Positions 8,370-17,323 of a DNA stretch of 64,000 nucleotides are shown here, one piece after another. The stretch spans positions 64,001 to 128,000 of IMG/VR virus record IMGVR_UViG_3300011113_000747. One strand, 5' to 3'. The DNA comes from a virus. How positions within the stretch are numbered: the stretch's first letter is position 1; each line of letters begins with the position of its first letter. A model generated the notes under the pieces. That model made no database searches. It worked only from the letters and a program-made list of their open reading frames with translations, and was not told the DNA's origin. Position numbers and translations under genes: made by a program.

Positions 8370-10946
8370 ATGTCTTATAGAAACTGTTTTTACGATAATA
8401 ATAATCGATCAGTAGAACTCTTTGCGTGGGATAAAGACGGTAATCGTGTTCGTTATACTGTATCTCACGACCCTTATTTATACCTTGAAGACCCTAAAGG
8501 TGAAAGCACATCGATTTACAATACTAAATTGAAGAAGAAAGTGTTTCGTAATGGTTACGAACGCAGTAAATTTCTTCGTGATAGTGGTATCAGGAGGGTG
8601 TTTGAAAACGTACCCCCAGCTCAGCAATACTTGCTTGATACATTCTGGCGTGATAATGAAAAGCCAGAATTTACGCAGCATCCAATTAAGATCTGCTTTA
8701 TAGATATTGAAACCTATTCTGTTGACTCATTTCCAAATCCAGAAGATCCTACTCATGAGGTGACCGTTATTACTTGTTATGATAGTTTGAGTAAAAAGTT
8801 TCATACATTTGGTATTAAGCCATACAATGGCTCAAACAAAACTGTAAAGTATACTCATTGTAAAAATGAGAGGGAATTGTTCATAAAATTCATTGAGTAT
8901 TTGAAAAAGGATTATCCAGATATTATGTCTGGGTGGAACTCTGAGTTCTTTGATATTCCGTACATCATTAATCGTTGTACTAGAATTTTAGGTGAAGAAT
9001 ATACTAAAGGGTTATCACCTCTTGGACGTGTACATTATCGCGATATAGTTGGTAAGTTTGGTATGCAACAGCGTCGTTATTATATCGATGGTATTTCGAT
9101 TCTTGACTACTTGGATATTTACAAACGTTTCTGCTTTAAAGAACGTGATAGTTACAAGCTCGATAACATTGGTGAAATCGAACTTGGTGAGAAGAAGGTT
9201 AATTTAAATGGTATGTCTCTTGCTCAGTTAACAGATACTGATTGGGATACATTTATTGATTATAACATTCAGGACGTTAATATCGTTGTTCGTCTTGAGG
9301 AGAAGCTGCAGTATGTTAACTTATTGAGGATGTTATCTTATGCTGGGTTGTGTACGTTTGAACAAGCAATGGGTACATTGTCTGTGATCAATGGTGCTTT
9401 ATGTATCAAAGCTCGTGAAATTGGTAAAGTTATTTCAACTTTTATTCGTAATGATCCTGATAGTGTTAACCCAGGGGCTTATGTTGCAGAACCTAGAGGG
9501 GGATTTCAAGAGAAGATTATTTCGTTTGACGCAAACTCTCTGTATCCGAACGTGATGATTTCACTTAATTTATCTCCTGAAACTAAAGTGGGTAAGTTTG
9601 AGAAGGTTGATGATGACAACTATGTTGTGAGACATGTAAGTGGTAAAACGTTCAATCTTACCAAGACAAGATTTGCTGAACTTATTAAAGCAGAAGAGCT
9701 TGCAATTACAAAAGCAAACTTCTTGTTTACTCAAAAGTTTAAAGGTATTGTTCCATTATTTGTTGATCACTTTTATAACAAGCGTGTTGAAATTAAGAAA
9801 GAACTCCAAAAGTATAAAGTTGAGTTGAGTAAACTTAAGAAAGGTACTGCTGATTATAAACGTGTATCTGATATGGTTGATAAACTTAATGCGCATCAGA
9901 TGTGTGTGAAAGTTTTGATTAACTCTTGTTATGGATATTTTGGTAATAAGCAAGCGCCTATTGGAGATGATGATATTGCATCGTCTGTTACGCTAACAGG
10001 TCAGGCAGTTATCAAAGAATCAAATACACTTATCAAGGAATATCTCAAAAATAATGTTACTAACATTACAGATAGGGACTTAGAGGAAGCTATCATTTAT
10101 AACGATACAGATTCTTCTTATGTATCCATTAAGTCTCTCTTCAAAGACAATAAAATACAGTTCATTGATAAAGATGGGAATCTTACCAAAGAAACTCATG
10201 AGCAAGTGCAAAACATTGAAAACTTTCTTAATGAAAAGATTAAGATTTGGGGTAAAAAAGCTCTCAATTCAAAAGATTGTCGATTTGTTTTCAAACGTGA
10301 AAGCATTGGTGATGTTGGTATTTTCTTGCAGAAAAAACGTTATGTTTTACATGTACTAGATGATGAAGGTATTCCTTGTAGTAAGTTCAAGTATACCGGA
10401 GTTGAAGTTGTGCGTACAACAATGCCAAACGCAATTAAACCTTATGCTAAGAAGATTATTGAGACGATGATGCTCACAAAATCTCAAGCAGAAACAAATA
10501 GGGTGTTAAATGAAACGTACGATATCTTTAAGAGTTTGACTATTCAGGATATTGCATTTGTTATGGGATTGAAAGGTTATGATAAATATGCAGTTAAATG
10601 TAGGGAGTTTGAAACTGCAAAGTCAATGCCATTGCATGTAAAATCTAGTTATTATTACAACCTACTTCTTGATAAATTTAAACTTAATAACAAGTATGAG
10701 ACTTTATCATCTGGTGATAAAGTTAGATACATTTACGTAGAAACTCCAAATAAATACATGCTTGAATCAATTGCATTTAAAAATGAATTCCCTGAAGAGT
10801 TTAATCAGCTTTTTAAGGTAGATTATGATAAGATGTTTGAGAAGATTCTTTTTCAAGCAATTGAACGTTTTTATGAAGCAGTTAACTGGACTGTACGTAA
10901 ACCGAAAGATAATGTGCAAACAGAATTATTTGATTTGTTTGGTTGA
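8370..10946 (+). CDS. gp43: Family B DNA polymerase gp43
   Basis: Exo DIET, WNSEFFD, YNIQD; Pol SFDANSLYP, KVLINSCYG, YNDTDS, KKRY; C-terminal clamp motif ELFDLFG. Confidence 0.97.
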   Translation: MSYRNCFYDNNNRSVELFAWDKDGNRVRYTVSHDPYLYLEDPKGESTSIYNTKLKKKVFRNGYERSKFLRDSGIRRVFENVPPAQQYLLDTFWRDNEKPEFTQHPIKICFIDIETYSVDSFPNPEDPTHEVTVITCYDSLSKKFHTFGIKPYNGSNKTVKYTHCKNERELFIKFIEYLKKDYPDIMSGWNSEFFDIPYIINRCTRILGEEYTKGLSPLGRVHYRDIVGKFGMQQRRYYIDGISILDYLDIYKRFCFKERDSYKLDNIGEIELGEKKVNLNGMSLAQLTDTDWDTFIDYNIQDVNIVVRLEEKLQYVNLLRMLSYAGLCTFEQAMGTLSVINGALCIKAREIGKVISTFIRNDPDSVNPGAYVAEPRGGFQEKIISFDANSLYPNVMISLNLSPETKVGKFEKVDDDNYVVRHVSGKTFNLTKTRFAELIKAEELAITKANFLFTQKFKGIVPLFVDHFYNKRVEIKKELQKYKVELSKLKKGTADYKRVSDMVDKLNAHQMCVKVLINSCYGYFGNKQAPIGDDDIASSVTLTGQAVIKESNTLIKEYLKNNVTNITDRDLEEAIIYNDTDSSYVSIKSLFKDNKIQFIDKDGNLTKETHEQVQNIENFLNEKIKIWGKKALNSKDCRFVFKRESIGDVGIFLQKKRYVLHVLDDEGIPCSKFKYTGVEVVRTTMPNAIKPYAKKIIETMMLTKSQAETNRVLNETYDIFKSLTIQDIAFVMGLKGYDKYAVKCREFETAKSMPLHVKSSYYYNLLLDKFKLNNKYETLSSGDKVRYIYVETPNKYMLESIAFKNEFPEEFNQLFKVDYDKMFEKILFQAIERFYEAVNWTVRKPKDNVQTELFDLFG

Positions 10947-10970
10947 TTTATCACAAATATAATTCATAAT
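10943..10970 (+). promoter_or_regulatory. Sigma70-like promoter
   Basis: TTGATT-N16-CATAAT, 6 nt before ATG 10977; -35 box contains the gp43 TGA stop. Confidence 0.6.
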
Positions 10971-10976
10971 ATTTAT

Positions 10977-11318
10977 ATGAACGAACAAATTAAAGTTATT
11001 ATCGACAACGTTGGTAGGTTTATTATCGGTAAAGTTGTATCAGAAAGTGATACAGTTTTATCTCTAAAGACACCTGTAATTCTTCACGTACAACCAAGCC
11101 AGACAGGTCAGCTTCAAGTTCAGACTATCCCACTTTTCTTTGGTGAATTTGTAAAAAACAAAGATACCAATGTTTGGAATTATGCAAAATCAACAATTGC
11201 ATTTAGTGATGTTGAACTTGATGATAGACTTGTTAGTCAGTATCAGGCTATTGCTAACCCATCTCCAATCATCCAACCTACAGCAGATCCACAGGTTGTA
11301 AAGTTGTTTGATGATTAA
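10977..11318 (+). CDS. Hypothetical protein, possible Sm-like fold
   Basis: Beta-strand pattern resembling Sm-like T4-group proteins; ends QVVKLFDD. Confidence 0.5.
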   Translation: MNEQIKVIIDNVGRFIIGKVVSESDTVLSLKTPVILHVQPSQTGQLQVQTIPLFFGEFVKNKDTNVWNYAKSTIAFSDVELDDRLVSQYQAIANPSPIIQPTADPQVVKLFDD

Positions 11319-11339
11319 TTATTAATAACAGCCAACCCG

Positions 11340-11370
11340 AGCCCGTTAGACTAGTCTAACGGGCTTTTTT
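11340..11370 (+). terminator. Rho-independent terminator
   Basis: Perfect palindrome agcccgttagact|agtctaacgggct followed by T-run. Confidence 0.88.
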
Positions 11371-11371
11371 G

Positions 11372-11399
11372 TTGATATTTTGAAAATTGAATTTAGATT
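11372..11399 (+). promoter_or_regulatory. Sigma70-like promoter of uvsX
   Basis: TTGATA-N16-TAGATT, 5 nt before ATG 11405. Confidence 0.55.
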
Positions 11400-11404
11400 A
11401 ATAC

Positions 11405-12526
11405 ATGGACAAAGAATTAAAAGCTGCATTAGATAGTATTGACGAAATTAACCCATACGCAACATATCTCGATAAGAACTCCCTTAGTTTAGTAGATGGT
11501 TGGATTGATACAGGATCGATGGTGTTAAACGCTCTCATCTCTGGTAAATTAGATGGAGGTATTCCAAAGGGTCGAGTTACTCTTTTAGCTGGTGAATCAA
11601 TGACTGGTAAGTCTCTTTTTGTACAAAAGATTCTTGCTCGAGCTCAGCGTCAAGGTTTAACTCCGGTTATCTTTGATACTGAAAATAGTATTGACCCTGA
11701 AGGTGCATCTCGCTTAGGACTTGATGTTTCAAAGGTAAAATATGTACCTTCCGTTACAATTGAAGAAACAAGAAATGCCATCTTCAAATTTTTAACTAAC
11801 GTTAAAGCAAAAGGTCTTGAAGGTAAATTTATTATTGCTATTGACTCGTTGGGTAACCTTCAATCACAGCAAGAAATGAATCGAATGGAGAAAGAGAGTA
11901 CATCTGCTGATATGGGTAGTGCAGCTCGTGCTATGAAGTCACTTCTTAAGACTTGCAATAATATGGGTGCTCTCACTAAAACAACCATTCTTTGCACGAA
12001 TCATGTGTATGATGATCCATCTGCAATGTTCCCATCACTTGAAAAACATATGCCTGGTGGTAAGTCTGTGACTTATCTACCATCTGTTTCTGTTCAGTTA
12101 GCTCGTAAGCCATTAAAAGATGATGGTGGTAAGACATTTGATAGTAACATGGTTGCTGGTCAGAAGAATTACTCTGGTGTGATTATTCGTGCTCTTACAC
12201 GTAAGAATCGTTTTATTAAACAGTACCTTGAAGCTGAGATGTACTTAAGCTTCTCAACGGGATTAGATAAATACTACGGTCTTCTTGATCTTGCAGTGGG
12301 TATGGGTGCTGTTATTCAAAATGGTTCTACTTATGCTCTACCAGACGGAACTAAGCTCGGTTATTACAAATCATGGCGTAAAGATTCTGACGTTTGGGAT
12401 CAGATTTTACCTAAACTTCAAGAAGAAATCACCAAAAATTGGGCATATAGTGAAGGTGAATCATCAGCTAATGATGTTGATGAAATTGATGAACTTGACG
12501 AAATGGAGGATAACGAAAATGAATAA
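11405..12526 (+). CDS. uvsX: RecA-like recombinase UvsX
   Basis: IDTGS..LN, GESMTGKS Walker A, FDTE, IAIDSLG, NHVY, GGK. Confidence 0.93.
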   Translation: MDKELKAALDSIDEINPYATYLDKNSLSLVDGWIDTGSMVLNALISGKLDGGIPKGRVTLLAGESMTGKSLFVQKILARAQRQGLTPVIFDTENSIDPEGASRLGLDVSKVKYVPSVTIEETRNAIFKFLTNVKAKGLEGKFIIAIDSLGNLQSQQEMNRMEKESTSADMGSAARAMKSLLKTCNNMGALTKTTILCTNHVYDDPSAMFPSLEKHMPGGKSVTYLPSVSVQLARKPLKDDGGKTFDSNMVAGQKNYSGVIIRALTRKNRFIKQYLEAEMYLSFSTGLDKYYGLLDLAVGMGAVIQNGSTYALPDGTKLGYYKSWRKDSDVWDQILPKLQEEITKNWAYSEGESSANDVDEIDELDEMEDNENE

Positions 12527-12788
12527 TATCAAACTACTATATTTTAGTGCACCGTGGTGTGGTCCATGTAAAATGTTTAAACCTGTAATTGAGCAGTTTA
12601 AACAAAAACAAACTGAATGTGATGTTCAAATTATTGACATTGAAGAGAATGAAGATCTTGGTAAACAATACAGTATTAATGCTGTACCCACATGCATCAT
12701 TCTTAAAAATGACAAAGAAGTATCTCGCTTTTCTGGCATGAAAGGTATTTCGTATATTGAATCTCTCGTAGACGAAGCTAAAATCTAA
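12519..12788 (+). CDS. trxA: Thioredoxin
   Basis: FSAPWCGPCK active site and I.AVPT; start MNNIK within track ORF 12285-12788. Confidence 0.9.
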   Translation: MNNIKLLYFSAPWCGPCKMFKPVIEQFKQKQTECDVQIIDIEENEDLGKQYSINAVPTCIILKNDKEVSRFSGMKGISYIESLVDEAKI

Positions 12789-12790
12789 TT

Positions 12791-13519
12791 ATGTCAAAAG
12801 TTGTACTAGCATTTAGTGGTGGAATGGACTCTTCAGTCTTGCTTCATATGGCAGCTGAAAAGTTTGATGAAGTGTATTGCTTATTCTTTGATTATGGTCA
12901 AAGACATAAGAAGGAACTTCAATGTGCAGAAAAGCAGCTGAAGAGTCTTAACGAAGGTGTTAAAATGTTGGTGATTGATACACCACTAAATGTTCTTGCT
13001 CCAACCTCATCTCTTACTAATCTGGATATCGATACCCCAGATGTAAGAGAGATGAGAGGTGAGGCTCAACCTAAGAGTTATGTACCATTTCGCAATATGC
13101 TGTTTATCTCATACCTTTTGTCATATGCAGAGGGAGTGGGTGCAGATGCTGTTTGGTATGGTGCAGCTCAAGTTGACTCATTAGCTGGCTATTGGGATGG
13201 AAGTCCAGAATTTTTAAAAGAGATCAATGATGTAGCTGCTTTGAACCGTGAACATCGTATTGTTGTTGAAGCACCGCTTCTTACAATGTCAAAAGCAGAT
13301 ATCATCTTAGAAGGTATTAGACTTGGAGTTAAGTTTAGTGATACTTGGACTTGTTATGCAGGTGAAGAAAAAGCAGATGCATATTCACCTTCCTCAAGTT
13401 TGAGATTACAAGGATTTGCTTCAGCTGGATATATCGATCCAATTCCTTACAAACAAGATTTAAGGAATGTTTGGAAGCAAAATAACTGTAAGAAGATTCC
13501 TTACGAAACTTATCTGTAA
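12791..13519 (+). CDS. queC: QueC-family (7-cyano-7-deazaguanine synthase-like) PP-loop ATPase, atypical Zn site
   Basis: SGGMDS, FDYGQRH..E, YVPFRN, GYWD, MSKADI, TWTCY. Confidence 0.88.
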   Translation: MSKVVLAFSGGMDSSVLLHMAAEKFDEVYCLFFDYGQRHKKELQCAEKQLKSLNEGVKMLVIDTPLNVLAPTSSLTNLDIDTPDVREMRGEAQPKSYVPFRNMLFISYLLSYAEGVGADAVWYGAAQVDSLAGYWDGSPEFLKEINDVAALNREHRIVVEAPLLTMSKADIILEGIRLGVKFSDTWTCYAGEEKADAYSPSSSLRLQGFASAGYIDPIPYKQDLRNVWKQNNCKKIPYETYL

Positions 13520-14550
13520 TACATCTCTTGCTGCATCATCTTCTGATGATATGTCTTAGCTTTGATGTCTTTGTTAGCCACATACTTAATTTTAGGTCTG
13601 TGGCTTTCCTTTACAATCTCTTCTTCATCTTCGAATGGATTTGCTAAACGTCTAGCAGAATCATCTTGAGCAATTGTACCCATTCCATAACCTTGAGTAT
13701 CAATACCAGATCTCATTGATTTAGTTTTAGGTTTTTCTGCTTTATCCTCAAATTCAAAATAACCTGGAGCGTGTACAATAACTTCAAATTCATCTACATC
13801 CAATCCAAGAGCTTTACCTAAAGATGCTTTGATAGATGCTTCGACTTTACCAGCACCTAGCTTGTTAACAATTTTAGTAATAGGTGTTTCTTCACCAAAC
13901 TCTAAGTCAACGCTATTTGAACTACCAACATCAACATCAAATTGTTGATTTTTGTTAGCAGCATTAAAGAACTTTTGGATCTTTTCAATATCTAGTGGTA
14001 TTTCTTGATCTGAAACAATTTCAATAATGGAAGACTTAGCGTCAATTGGTGATGTTGGTGAAATATCATCTGCTGCAGCTTTTTGCGCATCCTTTTTAGC
14101 TTGTTTTTCAGCTGCCATTTCTTCTGGTGTTTTAACTTTACCGAATTGCTCGAAATCCTGTTTTGTTTCAAAAGTTTTACCAATATTTTCACCCTTACCT
14201 CTTGATCTAACTTGCTGTTTACGTTGCAAGAATGAACTTAAGTTACCTTCCATATATTGCTTAAATTCGTCAGCAATTTCGTCTTTAATGACACCACTAT
14301 CGACGAGGTTCTTAATAAATTCACCAGCTTCAGCTGCATATCTTGAACCAGCAAATGCAGTACCTTCTGGTACCATTCCCTTTTCTTTCAAGAAATTGAT
14401 AATAAATTCAAAAACGATTGGTCTAGCAATACCGATCTTTTTATCTTCGATAGCTTTTTTAAGGTAACCTGTATTAAAAAGCTTATCAAAGCGACCTGCT
14501 CTAGCTTCTTCAAGGATTTCTAATTTATTAACAAGGGAATTGAAATTCAT
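13510..14550 (-). CDS. Hypothetical protein, putative late/internal head protein
   Basis: 346-aa ORF, MNFNSLVNKLEILEEA, TAAATA box just upstream. Confidence 0.7.
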   Translation of the reverse strand: MNFNSLVNKLEILEEARAGRFDKLFNTGYLKKAIEDKKIGIARPIVFEFIINFLKEKGMVPEGTAFAGSRYAAEAGEFIKNLVDSGVIKDEIADEFKQYMEGNLSSFLQRKQQVRSRGKGENIGKTFETKQDFEQFGKVKTPEEMAAEKQAKKDAQKAAADDISPTSPIDAKSSIIEIVSDQEIPLDIEKIQKFFNAANKNQQFDVDVGSSNSVDLEFGEETPITKIVNKLGAGKVEASIKASLGKALGLDVDEFEVIVHAPGYFEFEDKAEKPKTKSMRSGIDTQGYGMGTIAQDDSARRLANPFEDEEEIVKESHRPKIKYVANKDIKAKTYHQKMMQQEMYYR

Positions 14551-14598
14551 AGAATTATTTATTGTTTTTTATCTATTAACGTCTATATTTAATATATT

Positions 14599-15300
14599 AT
14601 GTGCGCGATATTTGGATCGACAGATCAATCAATGTTTGAAATATTATTTGAAGCTAATAAAGTAAGAGGTACTTTTGCTTCATCATTAGTAACACTAATG
14701 AAAAATCCAGTTGGTCAAGTTGATGATGTTACAATTCGTAAAGAGCAGGGATTATATTCGTTTGAAAAACTAAAACTCAAACCAAAAAATCATGCTTACT
14801 ATATGGGCCATGTACAGGCTCCTACATCGTCAGCTAGAAAATACAATTATGATACATCACATCCATTTGAGCAAGAAGATTGGCTTGTGTTTCATAATGG
14901 TGTGTTAACTAATCATGAAAGTTTAAATGCAGTTTATTGTAAATGGAATGAAAATCCTGTAGATACATCAGTTATTCCATGTATGCTTCAAGAAAAGTGG
15001 AATGAACTTAAAGAAGGTAAAGCTAAAGCTTCTTCTACTGATGAAGTCAAGATAATTGAAACAATCTGTGAACGACTTCAAGGAACATTTGCTCTCTGTA
15101 TTGTTAACACAACGACCCTTAACGTCTACTTAACTAGACAAGGTAGTACATTATTCTACGACGACAAAGGTAACTACTCTTCAATCAAAGGTAAAACGAT
15201 GGAAGAAGTACCAGAAGGTAAAATTCTCAAACTAACAAAAGATTTCACATTCAAAGCAGTAGGTAAATTCAAACCAAGTTCTCCATTTTTAATCATATGA
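14599..15300 (+). CDS. Class II (Ntn) glutamine amidotransferase
   Basis: N-terminal MCAIFG nucleophile, GHVQAPTS, HPF, HNGVLTN, DTSVI; TTGTTT-N16-TATATT upstream. Confidence 0.85.
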   Translation: MCAIFGSTDQSMFEILFEANKVRGTFASSLVTLMKNPVGQVDDVTIRKEQGLYSFEKLKLKPKNHAYYMGHVQAPTSSARKYNYDTSHPFEQEDWLVFHNGVLTNHESLNAVYCKWNENPVDTSVIPCMLQEKWNELKEGKAKASSTDEVKIIETICERLQGTFALCIVNTTTLNVYLTRQGSTLFYDDKGNYSSIKGKTMEEVPEGKILKLTKDFTFKAVGKFKPSSPFLII

Positions 15301-15950
15301 TCGCATTCGTATCAGCAACCAAAGGTGACCCAACCAAAACATTACTTTATAATAGCACAAAAGATATTCTAGAGGTAGCTTGGGCAGCAAACAATACAGA
15401 CCCACTCCCTGTCGTCTATAATGACGCTATTGCGGACTTTACAATTACAGATTATGACTGGGTTGTATTTGTTCATGACGATGTTATCATTGAATCACCA
15501 GAAGCTATTGAGAGACAAATTTATAATCTTGGTGTTGAATTTGATGTCATCGGTGTAGCAGGTACCAGAGAGGTAAAATTACAAGAACCAGCATTGTGGC
15601 ATCTTATGGGTGATAGAAAACATCACAGAGGAGCTGTAGCACACTTGTGTGAATCTACAGGTAAAAAGTTTATGACCAGTTTTGGTAGCTATCCTGATAG
15701 GGTTGTACTTATCGATGGTGTGTTTATGGCTGCTAAAACAGAAGTACTTCAAAAAGTTAGTTTTGATGAAACCAATCCTGCTGGGTTTCACTTTTATGAT
15801 CTAGACTTTTCTATGGCATGTCATAAGGCTGGTTACAGGGTTGGTGTGGGTGATATAACAATCACACACGCATCACCTGGATTACGACAATTCATAGATG
15901 AATGGAAGAAGGGGCAAGATTGGTTCCTTAATAAATGGGTAACAAAATAA
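15297..15950 (+). CDS. GT-A (GT2-like) glycosyltransferase
   Basis: VFVHDDV (DxD-type), VIGVAG, IDGVFMA, FDE, FHFYDLDFS; ATGA-coupled to the GATase. Confidence 0.8.
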   Translation: MIAFVSATKGDPTKTLLYNSTKDILEVAWAANNTDPLPVVYNDAIADFTITDYDWVVFVHDDVIIESPEAIERQIYNLGVEFDVIGVAGTREVKLQEPALWHLMGDRKHHRGAVAHLCESTGKKFMTSFGSYPDRVVLIDGVFMAAKTEVLQKVSFDETNPAGFHFYDLDFSMACHKAGYRVGVGDITITHASPGLRQFIDEWKKGQDWFLNKWVTK

Positions 15951-15981
15951 AAAAAGGCGGCTTAATTAAGCCGCCTTTTTT
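15950..15981. terminator. Bidirectional Rho-independent terminator
   Basis: Perfect palindrome aaaaaaggcggcttaa|ttaagccgcctttttt between convergent genes. Confidence 0.92.
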
Positions 15982-15982
15982 G

Positions 15983-17242
15983 TTATGCTAATATCTGCTC
16001 TATTGGTTCAGCCTCGTAAACCACCTCAACTGGTCTTAAATCTGGAGTCATCAACTTTGTTCTTGGTGATATACCAATTAAATGGAACATTGTAGCAGCA
16101 AATTGCTGCGGTGTAACTGGATCTGAGTCAGGCTCTGAAGCTAATGCATCAGACGTACCATAAGCATAACCTGCTTTAACACCACCACCAGCTAAAACTG
16201 TTGAGAATACCTTTGGCCAATGGTCTCTTCCGTTTGTAGCATTAATTTTAGGTGTACGACCAAACTCAGATGTCACCATTACAAGGGTTGAATCAAGTAA
16301 TCCACGTTGTTTTAAGTCATTAATAAAGGTTGCAAAGGCTTTATCAAAGTTAATCATATTAGATTCATATGCACCTTTAAGATTTGAGTGGTGATCCCAT
16401 GAACCATACGTTACTGTAACCATTCTTACACCTGCTTCAACAAGACGACGAGCTAGAAGTAAACGTTGACCAGCAGCATTACGGCCATATGCATCGCGAA
16501 CCACATCAGGCTCTTTAGAAAGCTCAAAAGATTCACGAGCTTGTGTTGATGATAACATTGAATATGCATCATTATAGAAAGAATCCATTGCTTTTACTGC
16601 ATCTACGTTTGATTCACGTGTTTTGAAGTAATCATCCACCGCTCCAAGCAATGCACGGCGACGATCTAATTGTTTATCGGAAACATCCTTAGGTGTATTG
16701 AGGTCTTTCACAACAAATCCCGGATCTTCTGGATTAGAACCTAAAGCAAACGGTCCATACTTGGTAGACAAGTAACCGGTGCCGTTTTCAGGTGCAAACT
16801 GATTAGGAACTAACACATAAGCAGGTAGATTGTTACGATTTCCTAATTCATGGCTAATAACACTACCAAATGATGGGTAGTTTAATGCTGGAGATGGTTT
16901 ATAACCAGTGAGCATGTTATGTGTTCCTCTTTCATGAGCTGCTTCACCGTGAGTCATTGAACGAATTACTGTAAGATTGTCAGAGACCTTTGCTGTTTCC
17001 TTTAGAAGTTCACCAAAATGAACACCATCTATCTTTGTCTTAACAGGAGCAAATGGTCCTCTATATTCTGGTGAGCCATTTACCTTATAATCCCACGAAT
17101 CTTGATGTGAAATACCACCAGGTAAGTAGATTTGAACTACTGATGTAGCTTTTGCAGGTGTTTGTGCTTGAGCTTTTAATAATTGTGGTAAACTTACACA
17201 ACCAGCAGCACCAATTCTTAGAATTTCACGTCTGTTATACAT
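15983..17242 (-). CDS. DUF1501 family protein with Tat signal peptide (copy A)
   Basis: NRREIL twin-arginine leader; GGISHQDSWDYK, VIRSM.H...H, SFGSV, ARRLVEAGVR, WDHH, DL..RGLLDSTLV, SEFGRTP, GRDHWP. Confidence 0.92.
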   Translation of the reverse strand: MYNRREILRIGAAGCVSLPQLLKAQAQTPAKATSVVQIYLPGGISHQDSWDYKVNGSPEYRGPFAPVKTKIDGVHFGELLKETAKVSDNLTVIRSMTHGEAAHERGTHNMLTGYKPSPALNYPSFGSVISHELGNRNNLPAYVLVPNQFAPENGTGYLSTKYGPFALGSNPEDPGFVVKDLNTPKDVSDKQLDRRRALLGAVDDYFKTRESNVDAVKAMDSFYNDAYSMLSSTQARESFELSKEPDVVRDAYGRNAAGQRLLLARRLVEAGVRMVTVTYGSWDHHSNLKGAYESNMINFDKAFATFINDLKQRGLLDSTLVMVTSEFGRTPKINATNGRDHWPKVFSTVLAGGGVKAGYAYGTSDALASEPDSDPVTPQQFAATMFHLIGISPRTKLMTPDLRPVEVVYEAEPIEQILA

Positions 17243-17247
17243 ACTCT

Positions 17248-17253
17248 TATTTA
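17248..17253 (-). promoter_or_regulatory. Late-type TAAATA box of DUF1501 copy A
   Basis: TAAATA-agagt-ATG; same spacing as before sheath and tube genes. Confidence 0.6.
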
Positions 17254-17289
17254 ATTATCTACTCAAAAAATTAAAAATCCACTTTTATC

Positions 17290-17317
17290 TTGATATTAGA
17301 ATGTAATAAACTATCAT
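17290..17317 (+). promoter_or_regulatory. Sigma70-like promoter of gp41
   Basis: TTGATA-N16-TATCAT, 6 nt before ATG 17324. Confidence 0.65.
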
Positions 17318-17323
17318 AAAGAG

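Noticed and set aside
12285-12518. N-terminal extension of the thioredoxin ORF
   Set aside because: Lies out of frame inside uvsX; thioredoxin fold starts at MNNIK (12519)
12791-15300. Calling this a complete 7-deazaguanine DNA modification or QatABCD system
   Set aside because: dpdA/folE/queD/queE and QatA/B/D equivalents are not recognisable in the window
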